In this document: one piece after another, positions 1-8,706 of the stretch
Numbering within the stretch: position 1 is the first letter of the stretch
Layout of the letters: the number at the start of each line of letters is the position of its first letter
From: Erysipelotrichaceae bacterium MTC7
GTDB lineage: Bacteria; Bacillota_I; Bacilli_A; Erysipelotrichales; Erysipelotrichaceae
Direction: 5' to 3'
NCBI GenBank assembly: GCA_001695645.1
Contig: LVZN01000012.1
Coordinates: 60,001 to 92,000, forward strand
Length of the DNA stretch: 32,000 nucleotides
Translations under genes and position numbers: made by a program
The notes under the pieces: generated by a model
What the model was told of the DNA's origin: nothing
Databases searched by the model: none
Seen by the model: the letters and a program-made list of their open reading frames with translations, nothing else

Positions 1-1
1 T

Positions 2-367
2 GCAACCACGTATGTAAGAAGAAATCGTTACACGCACAGTTTTATGTTAGCAAATGATTACTTCACGATCAGTACATTTTCTAGAGAGTACGATGAAGAT
101 TTGATGTATTTAGGACAAGTATCAGGGAAAGATGAAGACAAGCTTGCTCATACCTCTTTGCATGCTTATGCATATAAAGAAGGTGTCATGGTTTATGAGG
201 AGGCGGAATTAACCTTAATTTGTAGAAAGATTCATTATCAAGACTTACAAATTGCAAATCATGAGATTTACAATGCATTTTATGAAAGTGAACCTATGCA
301 TACAGTTATTGTTGGTGAAGTTGTCGAAGTCATTGATCATCGCAAGAAGAAGGATTCAAAGCTGTAA
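2..367 (+). CDS. flavin reductase-like (FMN-binding split-barrel) protein, C-terminal part; 5' end outside the window
   Basis: Frame open from base 2 (ATTYVRRNRYTHSF precedes the track's Met at 44), stop at 365-367. The tail ...HTVIVGEVVEVI resembles short flavin reductase family proteins as I recall them. Confidence 0.5.
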   Translation, partial: ATTYVRRNRYTHSFMLANDYFTISTFSREYDEDLMYLGQVSGKDEDKLAHTSLHAYAYKEGVMVYEEAELTLICRKIHYQDLQIANHEIYNAFYESEPMHTVIVGEVVEVIDHRKKKDSKL

Positions 368-427
368 ATAACAAGCTGTTGCACTTTAAAAGATAATTGA
401 AGTGAACAATAAATTGTAATTTAGTGC

Positions 428-455
428 TTGTATTTCATAAATAAAGTGATATAAT
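428..455 (+). promoter_or_regulatory. sigma-A type promoter of the L-box leader
   Basis: TTGTAT (428-433), 16-nt spacer, TATAAT (450-455), preceded by TG at 447-448 then one base (extended -10). Confidence 0.5.
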
Positions 456-469
456 CACATCAACAATCA

Positions 470-684
470 AATATTTTGATAGAGGTTGCAAACCTTAAGA
501 ATTTGTAAGTAGAAGGCATTCATTGACTTACAACGGGCGAAGTTTTGCCGAATAAAATGGATAGGCATATGCATTTTATGGGGATATGGCGAAGAACCAT
601 ATCACTGTTTACGTAATGTAAAAGCGCTATCTACTTTTCATATCTATGGCAGTAGGACTTTGTGCTTTTACTGGCATTTTTTTA
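470..684 (+). promoter_or_regulatory. lysine riboswitch (L-box) with intrinsic terminator as expression platform
   Basis: GAUAGAGGUUGCAAACCUUAAGAA (478-) matches the conserved L-box 5' core GAUAGAGGUGCGAACUUCAAGA. GCCGAAU at 547-553. Hairpin GAUAUGG-CGAAGAA-CCAUAUC followed by ACUGU (583-608) matches the conserved P5/CACUGU region. 3' P1 strand CUAUC at 627-631. Terminator AUGGCAGUA/UACUGGCAU (646-677) plus a U7 run. Confidence 0.85.
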
Positions 685-698
685 TGGGAGGAAATAGG

Positions 699-2267
699 AT
701 GAAAAAATTTCGATTAGGAATAGTAAGTTTGTTTATGCTTGCAATGCTTGTAGGCTGTCAATCCAAGCAAGCAAGAGTGAACGATGACAATACATTTGTT
801 GTAGGAATGGAGTGTAACTATACACCATTCAACTGGCAAACGATGGATGCATCTGATACAGCGGTATCCATTGGTGGTGCTGGATACTGTGATGGTTATG
901 ATGTCATGATTGCCCAAGATCTAGCTGATCGCTTAGATCAAAAATTGGAAGTGAAAAAATTGGCTTGGGAAGGTTTACTTCCAGCACTTGAATCAGGAGA
1001 AATTGATGCCATTATTGCAGGTATGACCGCAGATGAAACACGTGAAAAAGGAATTGATTTCACAACACCTTATTATGAATCAGAAATGGTTATGATTACA
1101 CGTGCTAGTGGTGAAGAGGCTAGTTATGATGATATTCAACAGTTTGGTGGGAAGCATGTAATCGGCCAAAAAAGTACGAATTATGATACCGTGATTGATC
1201 AAATTGAAAATGTAAATCATGCAACACCAAAAGCAACCTATCCAGAAATGGTTGTTGCTTTACAAAAAATGGAAGTGGATGGAATTACGGCGGAACTTCC
1301 AGTTGCACAAGGTGTAGTTGCATCCAACCCGGATTTAACGATTGTTCATTTTGCACAAGATAAAGGATTTGACATCGATACAAGTGTTTCCATTGGTTTA
1401 AAAGAAGGAAGTCGTGGCACAGAATTCTTTGAAGAAGTGCAACAGGCACTGGATGATATTAGCGAAGATCAACGTAATAGTTATATGGATCGTGCACGTG
1501 AAAACTCACCTGAAACGGGGGAACCAACCGACGGAGTAGCGGTTAAAGACCAAGGCTTCTTCACAAAAGTCACAAATATTGCAAAACAATATTGGCCACT
1601 ATTTGCGTATGGTGTACAAATCACTTTGATTTTAGCTTTTGTGGGTACGATCTTTGGACTGTTAATTGGTTTGTTACTTGGTACTTTGCGTAGTTTTACC
1701 ATTGAAGAAAGTGATGCAAAACTTGTGAAGGTACTCAAAAGAATAGCACATGGATTTGTTGGTCTATATGTTTGGGTATTGCGTGGAACACCAATGATGG
1801 TACAAGCGTTCTTTATTTACTACTTACTAAAACCAATCGTTCACTGGAATCCACTGACTGCAGGAATGATTATTATTTCTGTAAATACTGGAGCTTATAT
1901 GGCTGAAATTATTCGCGCAGGAATCCAATCGATTGATAAAGGGCAAACGGAAGGTGCGCGAAGCATTGGGATGTCTAATTTACAAACGATGTTCTTTATC
2001 ATCTTGCCACAGGCGATTAAAAACCAATTGCCATCAATTGGAAACCAATTGATTGTAAATATTAAAGATAGTAGTATGTTAAATGTAATTGGAGTCGTTG
2101 ATTTATACTTCCAATCAACAAGTGTTGCTGGATCTGTATACCAGTTCTCTGAAACATTCTTTGTGACAAGTTTGGTTTATTTATTCCTTACAACCATTGC
2201 AACGGTTATCCTAAACCTTATTGAAAAACGGATGGGTCATCCAAAAACATTAGAAAGAGGGGTCTAA
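699..2267 (+). CDS. ABC amino-acid transporter, lipoprotein substrate-binding domain fused to the permease domain (GlnP-like architecture); probable lysine importer
   Basis: GGGAGG at 686-691, 7 nt before ATG 699; the track start at 660 lies inside the terminator. Lipobox LVGC. Family-3 SBP region, then a linker, then a HisM/GlnP-type permease with the EAA-like segment TGAYMAEIIRAGIQSIDKGQTEGARSIGM. Confidence 0.85.
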   Translation: MKKFRLGIVSLFMLAMLVGCQSKQARVNDDNTFVVGMECNYTPFNWQTMDASDTAVSIGGAGYCDGYDVMIAQDLADRLDQKLEVKKLAWEGLLPALESGEIDAIIAGMTADETREKGIDFTTPYYESEMVMITRASGEEASYDDIQQFGGKHVIGQKSTNYDTVIDQIENVNHATPKATYPEMVVALQKMEVDGITAELPVAQGVVASNPDLTIVHFAQDKGFDIDTSVSIGLKEGSRGTEFFEEVQQALDDISEDQRNSYMDRARENSPETGEPTDGVAVKDQGFFTKVTNIAKQYWPLFAYGVQITLILAFVGTIFGLLIGLLLGTLRSFTIEESDAKLVKVLKRIAHGFVGLYVWVLRGTPMMVQAFFIYYLLKPIVHWNPLTAGMIIISVNTGAYMAEIIRAGIQSIDKGQTEGARSIGMSNLQTMFFIILPQAIKNQLPSIGNQLIVNIKDSSMLNVIGVVDLYFQSTSVAGSVYQFSETFFVTSLVYLFLTTIATVILNLIEKRMGHPKTLERGV

Positions 2268-2270
2268 AAG

Positions 2271-3002
2271 ATGGAACAAACAATTATAAAAGTTGATCAT
2301 TTAAAGAAATCCTTCGGTAAACAAGAAGTATTAAAGGAAGTAAATTTCCATATTGATAAAGGAGAAGTTATTAGTATTCTTGGATCAAGTGGGAGTGGTA
2401 AAAGTACCTTGTTGCGATGCATTAATTTACTGGAAATTCCAGATGGTGGTCATATCTATTTTCATCAAGATGATGTGAAAAGTTTAGAATTAAATCATTA
2501 TCGTTCTAAAGTGGGAATGGTCTTTCAAAGTTTCAATCTCTTTGACAATATGAACGTATTGGAAAATTGCATGATTGGACAAGTCAAAGTACTAAAGCGC
2601 AGTAAAGAAGATGCAAAAGCAAAGGCGTTGTTTTACCTTGAGAAAGTTGGTATGAAGGCCTTTGCTAACAAACCAAGTACACAATTGTCTGGTGGACAAA
2701 AACAACGTGTTGCGATTGCAAGAGCTTTATGTATGGAACCAGAAGTTTTATTGTTTGATGAACCAACAAGTGCTTTGGACCCAGAAATGGTCGAAGAAGT
2801 CTTGAAGGTTATCCAAGATTTAGCAAAAGAAGGTTTAACAATGGCAATTGTGACACATGAGATGCAATTTGCCAAAGATGTTAGTAAACGCGTGATCTTT
2901 ATGGACCAAGGAGTGATTGTGGAAGAAGGTAGTCCACAGGAAGTCTTTGAACAAACCAAACACGAACGAACAAAAGCATTCTTGCACCGATTCAATAATT
3001 AA
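2271..3002 (+). CDS. ABC transporter ATP-binding protein (polar amino-acid type, GlnQ-like)
   Basis: Walker [10 protein letters not shown], signature LSGGQKQR, Walker [12 protein letters not shown]. Starts 3 nt after the fused permease stop. Confidence 0.9.
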   Translation: MEQTIIKVDHLKKSFGKQEVLKEVNFHIDKGEVISILGSSGSGKSTLLRCINLLEIPDGGHIYFHQDDVKSLELNHYRSKVGMVFQSFNLFDNMNVLENCMIGQVKVLKRSKEDAKAKALFYLEKVGMKAFANKPSTQLSGGQKQRVAIARALCMEPEVLLFDEPTSALDPEMVEEVLKVIQDLAKEGLTMAIVTHEMQFAKDVSKRVIFMDQGVIVEEGSPQEVFEQTKHERTKAFLHRFNN

Positions 3003-3023
3003 AAATCTATAGATCATTAATAA

Positions 3024-3050
3024 GCCCATACTTTCGTGTGGGTTTTTATT
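3024..3050 (+). terminator. intrinsic terminator
   Basis: GCCCAUAC-UUUC-GUGUGGGU followed by a U-run. Confidence 0.7.
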
Positions 3051-3095
3051 TTGGGCTAAAATTGTTATAATGTAATAAGTAGATAGGGAGAGATT

Positions 3096-4613
3096 ATGAA
3101 GAGAAAATTAACCTTATTTGGTTTCTTTACACTTACTGCTTCGATGTTGATGTCAGCAGATGAATATCCAGCATTTGCGCAATCAGGACTGGTTGCCGTT
3201 ATTTTTTTAGTGGCAGCAGCGATTGTCTGGTTTTTACCTGTCGCACTATGTTCTGCAGAAATGGCGACAATTGATGGATGGGAAGACGGGGGGATTTTTA
3301 CTTGGATAAAAAACTCGTTGAATGAACGTATGGGATTTGTTGCTGTATGTATGCAGTGGTTGCAGAATACCATCAACTTTATTACGATGTTATATTTCAT
3401 TATTGGGGCATTGTCCTTTGCTTTGGATATGCCTAGTTTAAATACGAATCCACTTCTTAAATATGCATTGTTTCTCCTTATTTTTTGGGGGTTAACCTTC
3501 TCACAACTAGGGGGAATTAGTAGAACTGACGTTATAGTTAAAATCAGTTTTATTGGTGGAATTATCATTCCATCTTGTATATTTCTTGGTTTGGCAATCG
3601 CATATTTAGTACAAGGGCATCCAGCACAAATTGATTTATCTTTACCATCAAGCATAACAACGATTCAACATCATTTTTCGATTAGTAGTTTTGTGCCGTT
3701 TATCTTAGCGTTTGCTGGAATTGAAGCAAGCGCAAGTTATGCGGGAAATATGAAAAATCCAAAACATGAATACCCAATTGCAATACTTATACTTGTATTC
3801 TTCGCTGTTGGTCTTGATGCACTTGGTGGTCTTGCGGTTGGAATTGTCGTACCAGCAAATGAGTTATCTTTAAATAGTGGAGTATTACAAGCCGTACAAA
3901 TTGCTATTCAACAAGTGGTTCCTGCACTATCCTTCATGGTTCGTATCGTTGCCTTTCTTTTAGTGTTAGGTATGGTTGGTGAAGTTAGTTCTTGGGTTGT
4001 CGGACCGGTTCGTACATTGTATGTGGTTGCCCAAGATCAATTGCTTCCACAGTATTTTGCAAAAGCTAACGCAAATGATGTTCCTGTGCGACTTGTTGTG
4101 CTGCAAGGAATCATTGTTAGTGTGGTTGGTGCCATTTTAACGTTACTCTTTGGTGGAAATAACGCGGCATTTAAAATTGCGATGTCTTTGACTGTTATGA
4201 TGTATATGGTAACTTACATTTTATTGTTTGTTGGCTATCTACGTATGATTTTCGTAAAAGATGGTGTTCATCGTGATTTTCAAATATTAGGTGGTAAAGT
4301 GATGAAACTGCTCATCGGTAGTGTTGGACTAGTGTCAACCATTATCGTGTTTATTGCGACCTTTGTACCTAGTGCGGATGTGTTAAAACTAATGCATGCT
4401 GAGAGTTATGTATTAATTACGAGTGTACTATTCATAACTGTGTTATCGTTGGTGTTAATTTCATATCAACATGAAAGTAAACGCAATGCAAAACATTCAG
4501 TTACAGTAAAAAAAGTTCCACATCACGTAGTGAACAGATGGATTTACCCTAAAGCACGAAGCAACCATTATGTGCAAAAGACAAACGAATTTCCAAAAGA
4601 AAAATCTAGTTAA
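3096..4613 (+). CDS. APC-superfamily amino-acid permease (GadC/YjeM-like)
   Basis: 505 aa with about 12 hydrophobic spans. N-terminal pattern FGFFTLTASMLMSADEYPAFAQSG...LPVALCSAEMAT is typical of glutamate:GABA-antiporter-like APC proteins. RBS GGGAGAG upstream. Confidence 0.75.
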   Translation: MKRKLTLFGFFTLTASMLMSADEYPAFAQSGLVAVIFLVAAAIVWFLPVALCSAEMATIDGWEDGGIFTWIKNSLNERMGFVAVCMQWLQNTINFITMLYFIIGALSFALDMPSLNTNPLLKYALFLLIFWGLTFSQLGGISRTDVIVKISFIGGIIIPSCIFLGLAIAYLVQGHPAQIDLSLPSSITTIQHHFSISSFVPFILAFAGIEASASYAGNMKNPKHEYPIAILILVFFAVGLDALGGLAVGIVVPANELSLNSGVLQAVQIAIQQVVPALSFMVRIVAFLLVLGMVGEVSSWVVGPVRTLYVVAQDQLLPQYFAKANANDVPVRLVVLQGIIVSVVGAILTLLFGGNNAAFKIAMSLTVMMYMVTYILLFVGYLRMIFVKDGVHRDFQILGGKVMKLLIGSVGLVSTIIVFIATFVPSADVLKLMHAESYVLITSVLFITVLSLVLISYQHESKRNAKHSVTVKKVPHHVVNRWIYPKARSNHYVQKTNEFPKEKSS

Positions 4614-4627
4614 CCTAGATTTTTTTT
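4601..4627. terminator. bidirectional intrinsic terminator shared by two convergent genes
   Basis: Perfect 9-bp stem AAAAUCUAG / CUAGAUUUU with loop UUAAC, A-run on the left and T-run on the right. It contains both the TAA of the permease (4611-4613) and the complement of the phnA TAG (4615-4617). Confidence 0.65.
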
Positions 4628-4959
4628 ACGAATTCGCTTTTTAATTTCATGATTCCAAAGCCATCGATACGACACTCGATGTTGTGTCCGTCAGTTGCAT
4701 CAACTAAACGAATGTTTTTTGCTTTTGTTCCTACCTTTAAAGTTGAAGAACTACCTTTCACTTTTAGGTCTTTGGTGATGCTAATACTATCACCACTCGT
4801 TAAGACATTTCCATTTGCATCCTTAACTTCGTTTTGACTAGCTAATAGGTCGGTATCAATTTGGGTCCATTCATTTCCACACATTGGGCAAACAAATAAT
4901 CCGCGGTCTTCGTATGTGTAATCTTCATTACATTTTGGACATGCTGGTATATCGGCCAT
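4615..4959 (-). CDS. phnA: zinc-ribbon protein PhnA/YjdM
   Basis: N-terminal CPKC...CPMC zinc ribbon and C-terminal [38 protein letters not shown], characteristic of PhnA/YjdM. RBS AAGGAGA. Confidence 0.9.
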   Translation of the reverse strand: MADIPACPKCNEDYTYEDRGLFVCPMCGNEWTQIDTDLLASQNEVKDANGNVLTSGDSISITKDLKVKGSSSTLKVGTKAKNIRLVDATDGHNIECRIDGFGIMKLKSEFVKKI

Positions 4960-5078
4960 AGTTTCTCCTTTTGTTTTCTAAAAAAGTATATCACAATACG
5001 TTACATTTACCTATATCATTTGGTTTATATCATATCACCCCTATATACTAAACGATATAAATACTTGTGTGAAAAGAT

Positions 5079-5093
5079 ATGCATAATATGCAT
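5079..5093. promoter_or_regulatory. perfect 7-1-7 palindrome ATGCATA-A-TATGCAT, candidate operator
   Basis: Read directly from the sequence; lies 44 nt upstream of the FNT start codon. Confidence 0.3.
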
Positions 5094-5136
5094 GTGGTTG
5101 TGGTAAACTTTCTTTTGGATAAATTTGGAGGTCTTA

Positions 5137-5909
5137 TGTTTAACGATGGAATTGAAGCAGTAAGTAAGACCGCAGTGAAGAAAGCTAAACTTTTAACAAT
5201 CAACCCTGCTGGATACATGGTATCAAGTATGATTGCAGGTATGTTTGTTGGCTTTGCGGTTTTATTATCATATACAGTGGGTGGGCAATTGATGGGATCC
5301 GCCTTTACCAAACCGATGATGGGAGCATCTTTTGGAATTGCTTTAAGTTTAGTCACCATGGCTGGAGGAGAATTATTTACAGGAAATGTCTTAGCGATGG
5401 TTGTTGGCTGGATTCAAAAAACAGTAACGGGACGTGACGTGTTAAAAGTATTGGTTGCAAGTTTCATTGGAAACTGGATAGGTTCCATACTTCTAGCGTT
5501 CTTGTTTGTAGGAACTGGACTAGACTCTGGTAGTGTAGGTGAATTTATGGCACATGGAGCCATGGATAAAATGCATGGATCGCCAGTTGAATTATTGTGC
5601 AAAGCAATTTTATGTAATACCTTAGTATGTTTAGGTATGTGGTGCTACTACAAAATGAAAAGCGAAAGTGGAAAACTGATTATGCTATTCTGGTGTTTAT
5701 ATGCCTTTATTACAATGGGTTTCCAACACTGTGTGGCAAACATGACCTTACTCAGTGTTTCATTGATTCATCCCATTGATGTATTGGTCAGTGTAGATGG
5801 TTATTTTTATAACATCTTTATCGTCACAATTGGTAACATCATAGGAGCAATCCTTTTTGTAGCTTTACCATATTCCCTGATAGCGATGAAGCAAGTAGAA
5901 AGCAAGTAG
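5137..5909 (+). CDS. formate/nitrite transporter (FNT) family channel
   Basis: GGAGG at 5127-5131 before ATG 5137. Six-TM protein with GGELFTGN and the FQHCVANM motif typical of FocA/NirC/HSC channels. Subfamily not assignable by eye. Confidence 0.85.
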
Positions 5910-5927
5910 CGATACTTGCTTTTTTTA
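5900..5927 (+). terminator. intrinsic terminator
   Basis: AAGCAAGUA-GCGA-UACUUGCUU plus a U-run; the stop codon is embedded in the stem. Confidence 0.75.
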
Positions 5928-5963
5928 TAAGGTTTTCTTTGGGTATCATAAAAACATCTTTAG

Positions 5964-5991
5964 TTGTTTTTATTTTATAAGCGGGTACAAT
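5964..5991 (+). promoter_or_regulatory. candidate promoter of the SBP-permease-ATPase-Crp operon
   Basis: TTGTTT (5964-5969), 16-nt spacer, TACAAT (5986-5991). Confidence 0.4.
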
Positions 5992-5995
5992 AATG

Positions 5996-6009
5996 GTGAT
6001 AAATATCAC
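5996..6009. promoter_or_regulatory. Crp/Fnr-type palindrome GTGATAAATATCAC (GTGA-N6-TCAC)
   Basis: Perfect 6-2-6 palindrome matching the core of the TGTGA-N6-TCACA consensus. It sits 5 nt after the -10 box and 17 nt before ATG 6026; a Crp/Fnr regulator is the last gene of the same operon. Confidence 0.45.
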
Positions 6010-6025
6010 GAAATGGAGAATAGTT

Positions 6026-6964
6026 ATGAAAAAACTAATGGTTATGATACTTGCTTGTTTTGTGTTGTTTGGTTGTCAGACAACAACAAAAGAAAATGCA
6101 AAAGATAGTGCAACAGTTTCTGTTGTTGATAGTGTAGGAAATAAAGTGAAAGTCACTAAACACACAAAGAAAGTTGTTGTTTTGGGAAGTTCTTGGGTAG
6201 AATTATATAAACTTGCTGGTGGAATGCCCATTGCCACAACAAGTGATGCTGAACGTTTTACATACATCAAAGACAATAAAGATATTGAAATTGTAGGTGA
6301 TGTAAAACAACCAAACTTTGAAAAAGTGGTTGCTCTAAATCCAGACCTTGTCATTCTTGGAGAGGATTTAGCTGGACATCAAGCACTGACAACGTCATTG
6401 AAAGATGCAAAGATTCCCGTATTTGTTACAAAAGTTGAGAAATTTGATGATTATCTTGCAGTTTTGAAAAGTTTCACGACAATCACAGGTGATAAAGAAG
6501 CATATCAAAGTCAGGGAGTTGCAGTGCAAAAAAAGATTGATACTTTGTTAGCGAAAATTCCTGATACTGAAAAAGGGAAACAAACGGCTTTATTTATGCG
6601 TGGGTTCTCAACCAATGTAAAAGCAATTGCACGCGATCACACGGTAACGGATATTTTAGATGAAATCGGTATTACCAACATTGCACAAAAAGACAATTTT
6701 CCATTGGATACGATTTCGATGGAAGCAATTTTAAAGGATGATCCAGATTACATTTTCTTTACAACTATGGGTGACGAAGAAAAAGCAAAAGAAAATATTA
6801 AGAAATCTCTTGAAGATGATCCTTCATGGGCAACTCTTACCGCTGTAAAAGAAGGTCATGTGTATTATCTAGAAAAAGATTTATATCACTATAAACCAAA
6901 TGCACGCTGGGCTGAAGCGTATGAACACATCTTACAAATCGTTTATCCAGATGTTTATAAATAA
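6026..6964 (+). CDS. ABC transporter substrate-binding lipoprotein (FecB/BtuF-like; iron-chelate, heme or corrinoid class)
   Basis: ATG 6026 after GGAGAA. Lipobox LFGC. Class III (cluster A) SBP pattern VVVLGSSWVELYKLAG...PDLVIL. Confidence 0.8.
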   Translation: MKKLMVMILACFVLFGCQTTTKENAKDSATVSVVDSVGNKVKVTKHTKKVVVLGSSWVELYKLAGGMPIATTSDAERFTYIKDNKDIEIVGDVKQPNFEKVVALNPDLVILGEDLAGHQALTTSLKDAKIPVFVTKVEKFDDYLAVLKSFTTITGDKEAYQSQGVAVQKKIDTLLAKIPDTEKGKQTALFMRGFSTNVKAIARDHTVTDILDEIGITNIAQKDNFPLDTISMEAILKDDPDYIFFTTMGDEEKAKENIKKSLEDDPSWATLTAVKEGHVYYLEKDLYHYKPNARWAEAYEHILQIVYPDVYK

Positions 6965-7943
6965 GAAAATTCGAAGAACGATGCTCGTTGGACTTGTTGT
7001 CTTGGTATTGCTAGTGTTTGCTAGCTTATCTTTTGGTTCAAGTGATACAACTATCCAACAGGTATGGTCTTACATCTTTCATCAAGATAATGCAACGGTT
7101 GGAAACATTCTATTATATGTACGTATTCCAAGAACCATTGCGACGATTCTTTGTGGAAGTGCCTTAGCTGTTGCTGGGTTGCTATTTCAGTCAGCATTGA
7201 ACAATGCCTTAGCATCCTCAGGAACTATTGGTGTAAATTCTGGTGCAGGATTGTTTGTGATTTTAGGAGCAATTTTATTCCCAGGTGTTTTTATTGCAAA
7301 GTCCATCTTTGCGTTTATGGGTTCCTTGTTGGCAGCGGTTTTAATATTCTTTATTGCTAAAAAAAATGTTTCCAAATCAACCATTGTGATGGCTGGTGTA
7401 GCAATTTCCAGTCTACTAACTGCTTGTAGTGATGCACTTGTCACATTGTATCCAGATACAGTCATGGATAAAAGCTCGTTTTTTATAGGTGGTTTTGCGC
7501 ACGTACAAAGTGCCAATTTACCATTTGTATCAATTATTACTTTGTTATGTTTACTACTTGCTGGCTTGCTGGCGACTCGTATGAATGTTTTAAGTCTTGG
7601 TGATGAGATGGCAAATTCACTAGGGTTACCAGTTGTTCGTACTCGTTACATTTTGATCTTTCTTGGTGCAACTTTGGCAGCAGCAAGTGTAAGTATCGGT
7701 GGAATTTTGAGTTTTGTTGGTCTAATTGTTCCGCATATGATGCGTTCGATTATGGGTAATGATCACCGTTACTTGGTTCCTTCAACACTGCTTTCTGGAG
7801 CCATTCTTGTTTTAGGTTGTGATTTAGTTGCTCGTCTTCTATTTGCACCATTTGAAATTCCGGTAGGAATTATACTCGCCTTTTTAGGTTCACCATTTTT
7901 CTTGTGGTTAATTCTTAGTCGAAAACGGAGGTTGCAATTATGA
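6951..7943 (+). CDS. FecCD-family ABC permease
   Basis: In-frame ATG at 6951 overlaps the SBP stop. Nine to ten hydrophobic spans with the IPRTIA...GSALAVAGLLFQ and GGILSFVGLIVPH motifs of FecCD/BtuC permeases. Confidence 0.85.
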   Translation: MFINKKIRRTMLVGLVVLVLLVFASLSFGSSDTTIQQVWSYIFHQDNATVGNILLYVRIPRTIATILCGSALAVAGLLFQSALNNALASSGTIGVNSGAGLFVILGAILFPGVFIAKSIFAFMGSLLAAVLIFFIAKKNVSKSTIVMAGVAISSLLTACSDALVTLYPDTVMDKSSFFIGGFAHVQSANLPFVSIITLLCLLLAGLLATRMNVLSLGDEMANSLGLPVVRTRYILIFLGATLAAASVSIGGILSFVGLIVPHMMRSIMGNDHRYLVPSTLLSGAILVLGCDLVARLLFAPFEIPVGIILAFLGSPFFLWLILSRKRRLQL

Positions 7944-8698
7944 TGGAAATCAGTCATGTTAATGTCTTGATTGAACGAAAACAAATTCTTACAGATATTT
8001 CCATGGAGATTCCGAAAGGTTCGTTTACTTGTATTATTGGGAAAAATGGGAGTGGGAAAAGTACTTTGTTGAAAGCCATTAATCAATATCTTGCTTATAG
8101 TGGAACAATTGAGGTGGATCAACAGGACTTAAAAATATTAAACAAAGATGCACGTGCGCGTTTGATGTGTTACTTGCCTCAACAAAGAAGTATTCCAAAT
8201 ATGAATGTACGACAATTGATTTCACATGGTCGATACCCACATTTAGGTTTTTCTAAAACCTTACAAGATGAAGATACGTATATTATCATGGAAGCTGCCA
8301 AACTTGCCGGTGTAGAAAGTCTGATGGAGCGCAATCTACAATCGTTATCTGGTGGTGAGAGGCAACGTGCTTACATTGCCATGATGATTGCACAAGATAC
8401 GTCTTACATTTTATTAGATGAACCGACAACGTTTTTAGATGTTGAGTTTCAATTGGATATCATGGAACTGTTAAAGCAGTTAAATGAAAGAGGAAAAACG
8501 ATTGTTATGGTGGCTCATGATTTGCCACAAGCATTTAGCTATGCTAGTAATATTATTCTGATTGACCACGGTCGCTTGATCATACAAGCTACACCTGAAG
8601 AAATGATTGCAACAGATGAAGTCTACGCATGTTTTGGTGTTCATGTACGTACTTCAAAAAATCCAAATGATTTGTATCGATATACATTTGAACGATAG
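7940..8698 (+). CDS. ABC ATP-binding protein (FecE/FepC-like)
   Basis: ATGA overlap with the permease. Walker A GKNGSGKST, signature LSGGERQR, Walker B ILLDEPT. Confidence 0.9.
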   Translation: MMEISHVNVLIERKQILTDISMEIPKGSFTCIIGKNGSGKSTLLKAINQYLAYSGTIEVDQQDLKILNKDARARLMCYLPQQRSIPNMNVRQLISHGRYPHLGFSKTLQDEDTYIIMEAAKLAGVESLMERNLQSLSGGERQRAYIAMMIAQDTSYILLDEPTTFLDVEFQLDIMELLKQLNERGKTIVMVAHDLPQAFSYASNIILIDHGRLIIQATPEEMIATDEVYACFGVHVRTSKNPNDLYRYTFER

Positions 8699-8706
8699 GT
8701 GGGCAT

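Noticed and set aside
446-462. GTGATATAATCAC resembling a Crp-type site upstream of the L-box
   Set aside because: The spacing is N5 rather than N6, it is not a true palindrome, and it coincides with the TATAAT -10 box. It is most simply just the promoter.
660-698. ORF-track start (TTG at 660, MCFYWHFFMGGNR...) for the fused ABC transporter gene
   Set aside because: These codons lie inside the riboswitch terminator stem and U-run. GGGAGG at 686-691 serves ATG 699, which begins a normal lipoprotein signal peptide.
3065-3655. 196-aa minus-strand ORF, and the other antisense ORFs in the track (714-917, 1481-1738, 2633-3029, 6076-6354, 7187-8122, 10951-12015, 12420-12818, 13414-13614, 14379-14588, 15892-16859, 17843-18744, 19521-20061 on the plus strand, 23536-23928, 26474-27006, 27491-27787)
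   Set aside because: All lie fully inside and opposite to (or out of frame with) genes that have clear family motifs. None has a convincing RBS or recognisable domain. They are typical shadow ORFs.
5079-5136. ORF-track start at 5079 for the FNT gene, and similar long N-terminal extensions at 5993, 6900, 15869, 22413 and 29635
   Set aside because: In each case an internal ATG with a proper RBS gives the expected N-terminus (signal peptide, MLKVEHL..., MKYRETYAVIDLD, MRQLTIYK...). The extensions run through palindromes or the upstream gene.
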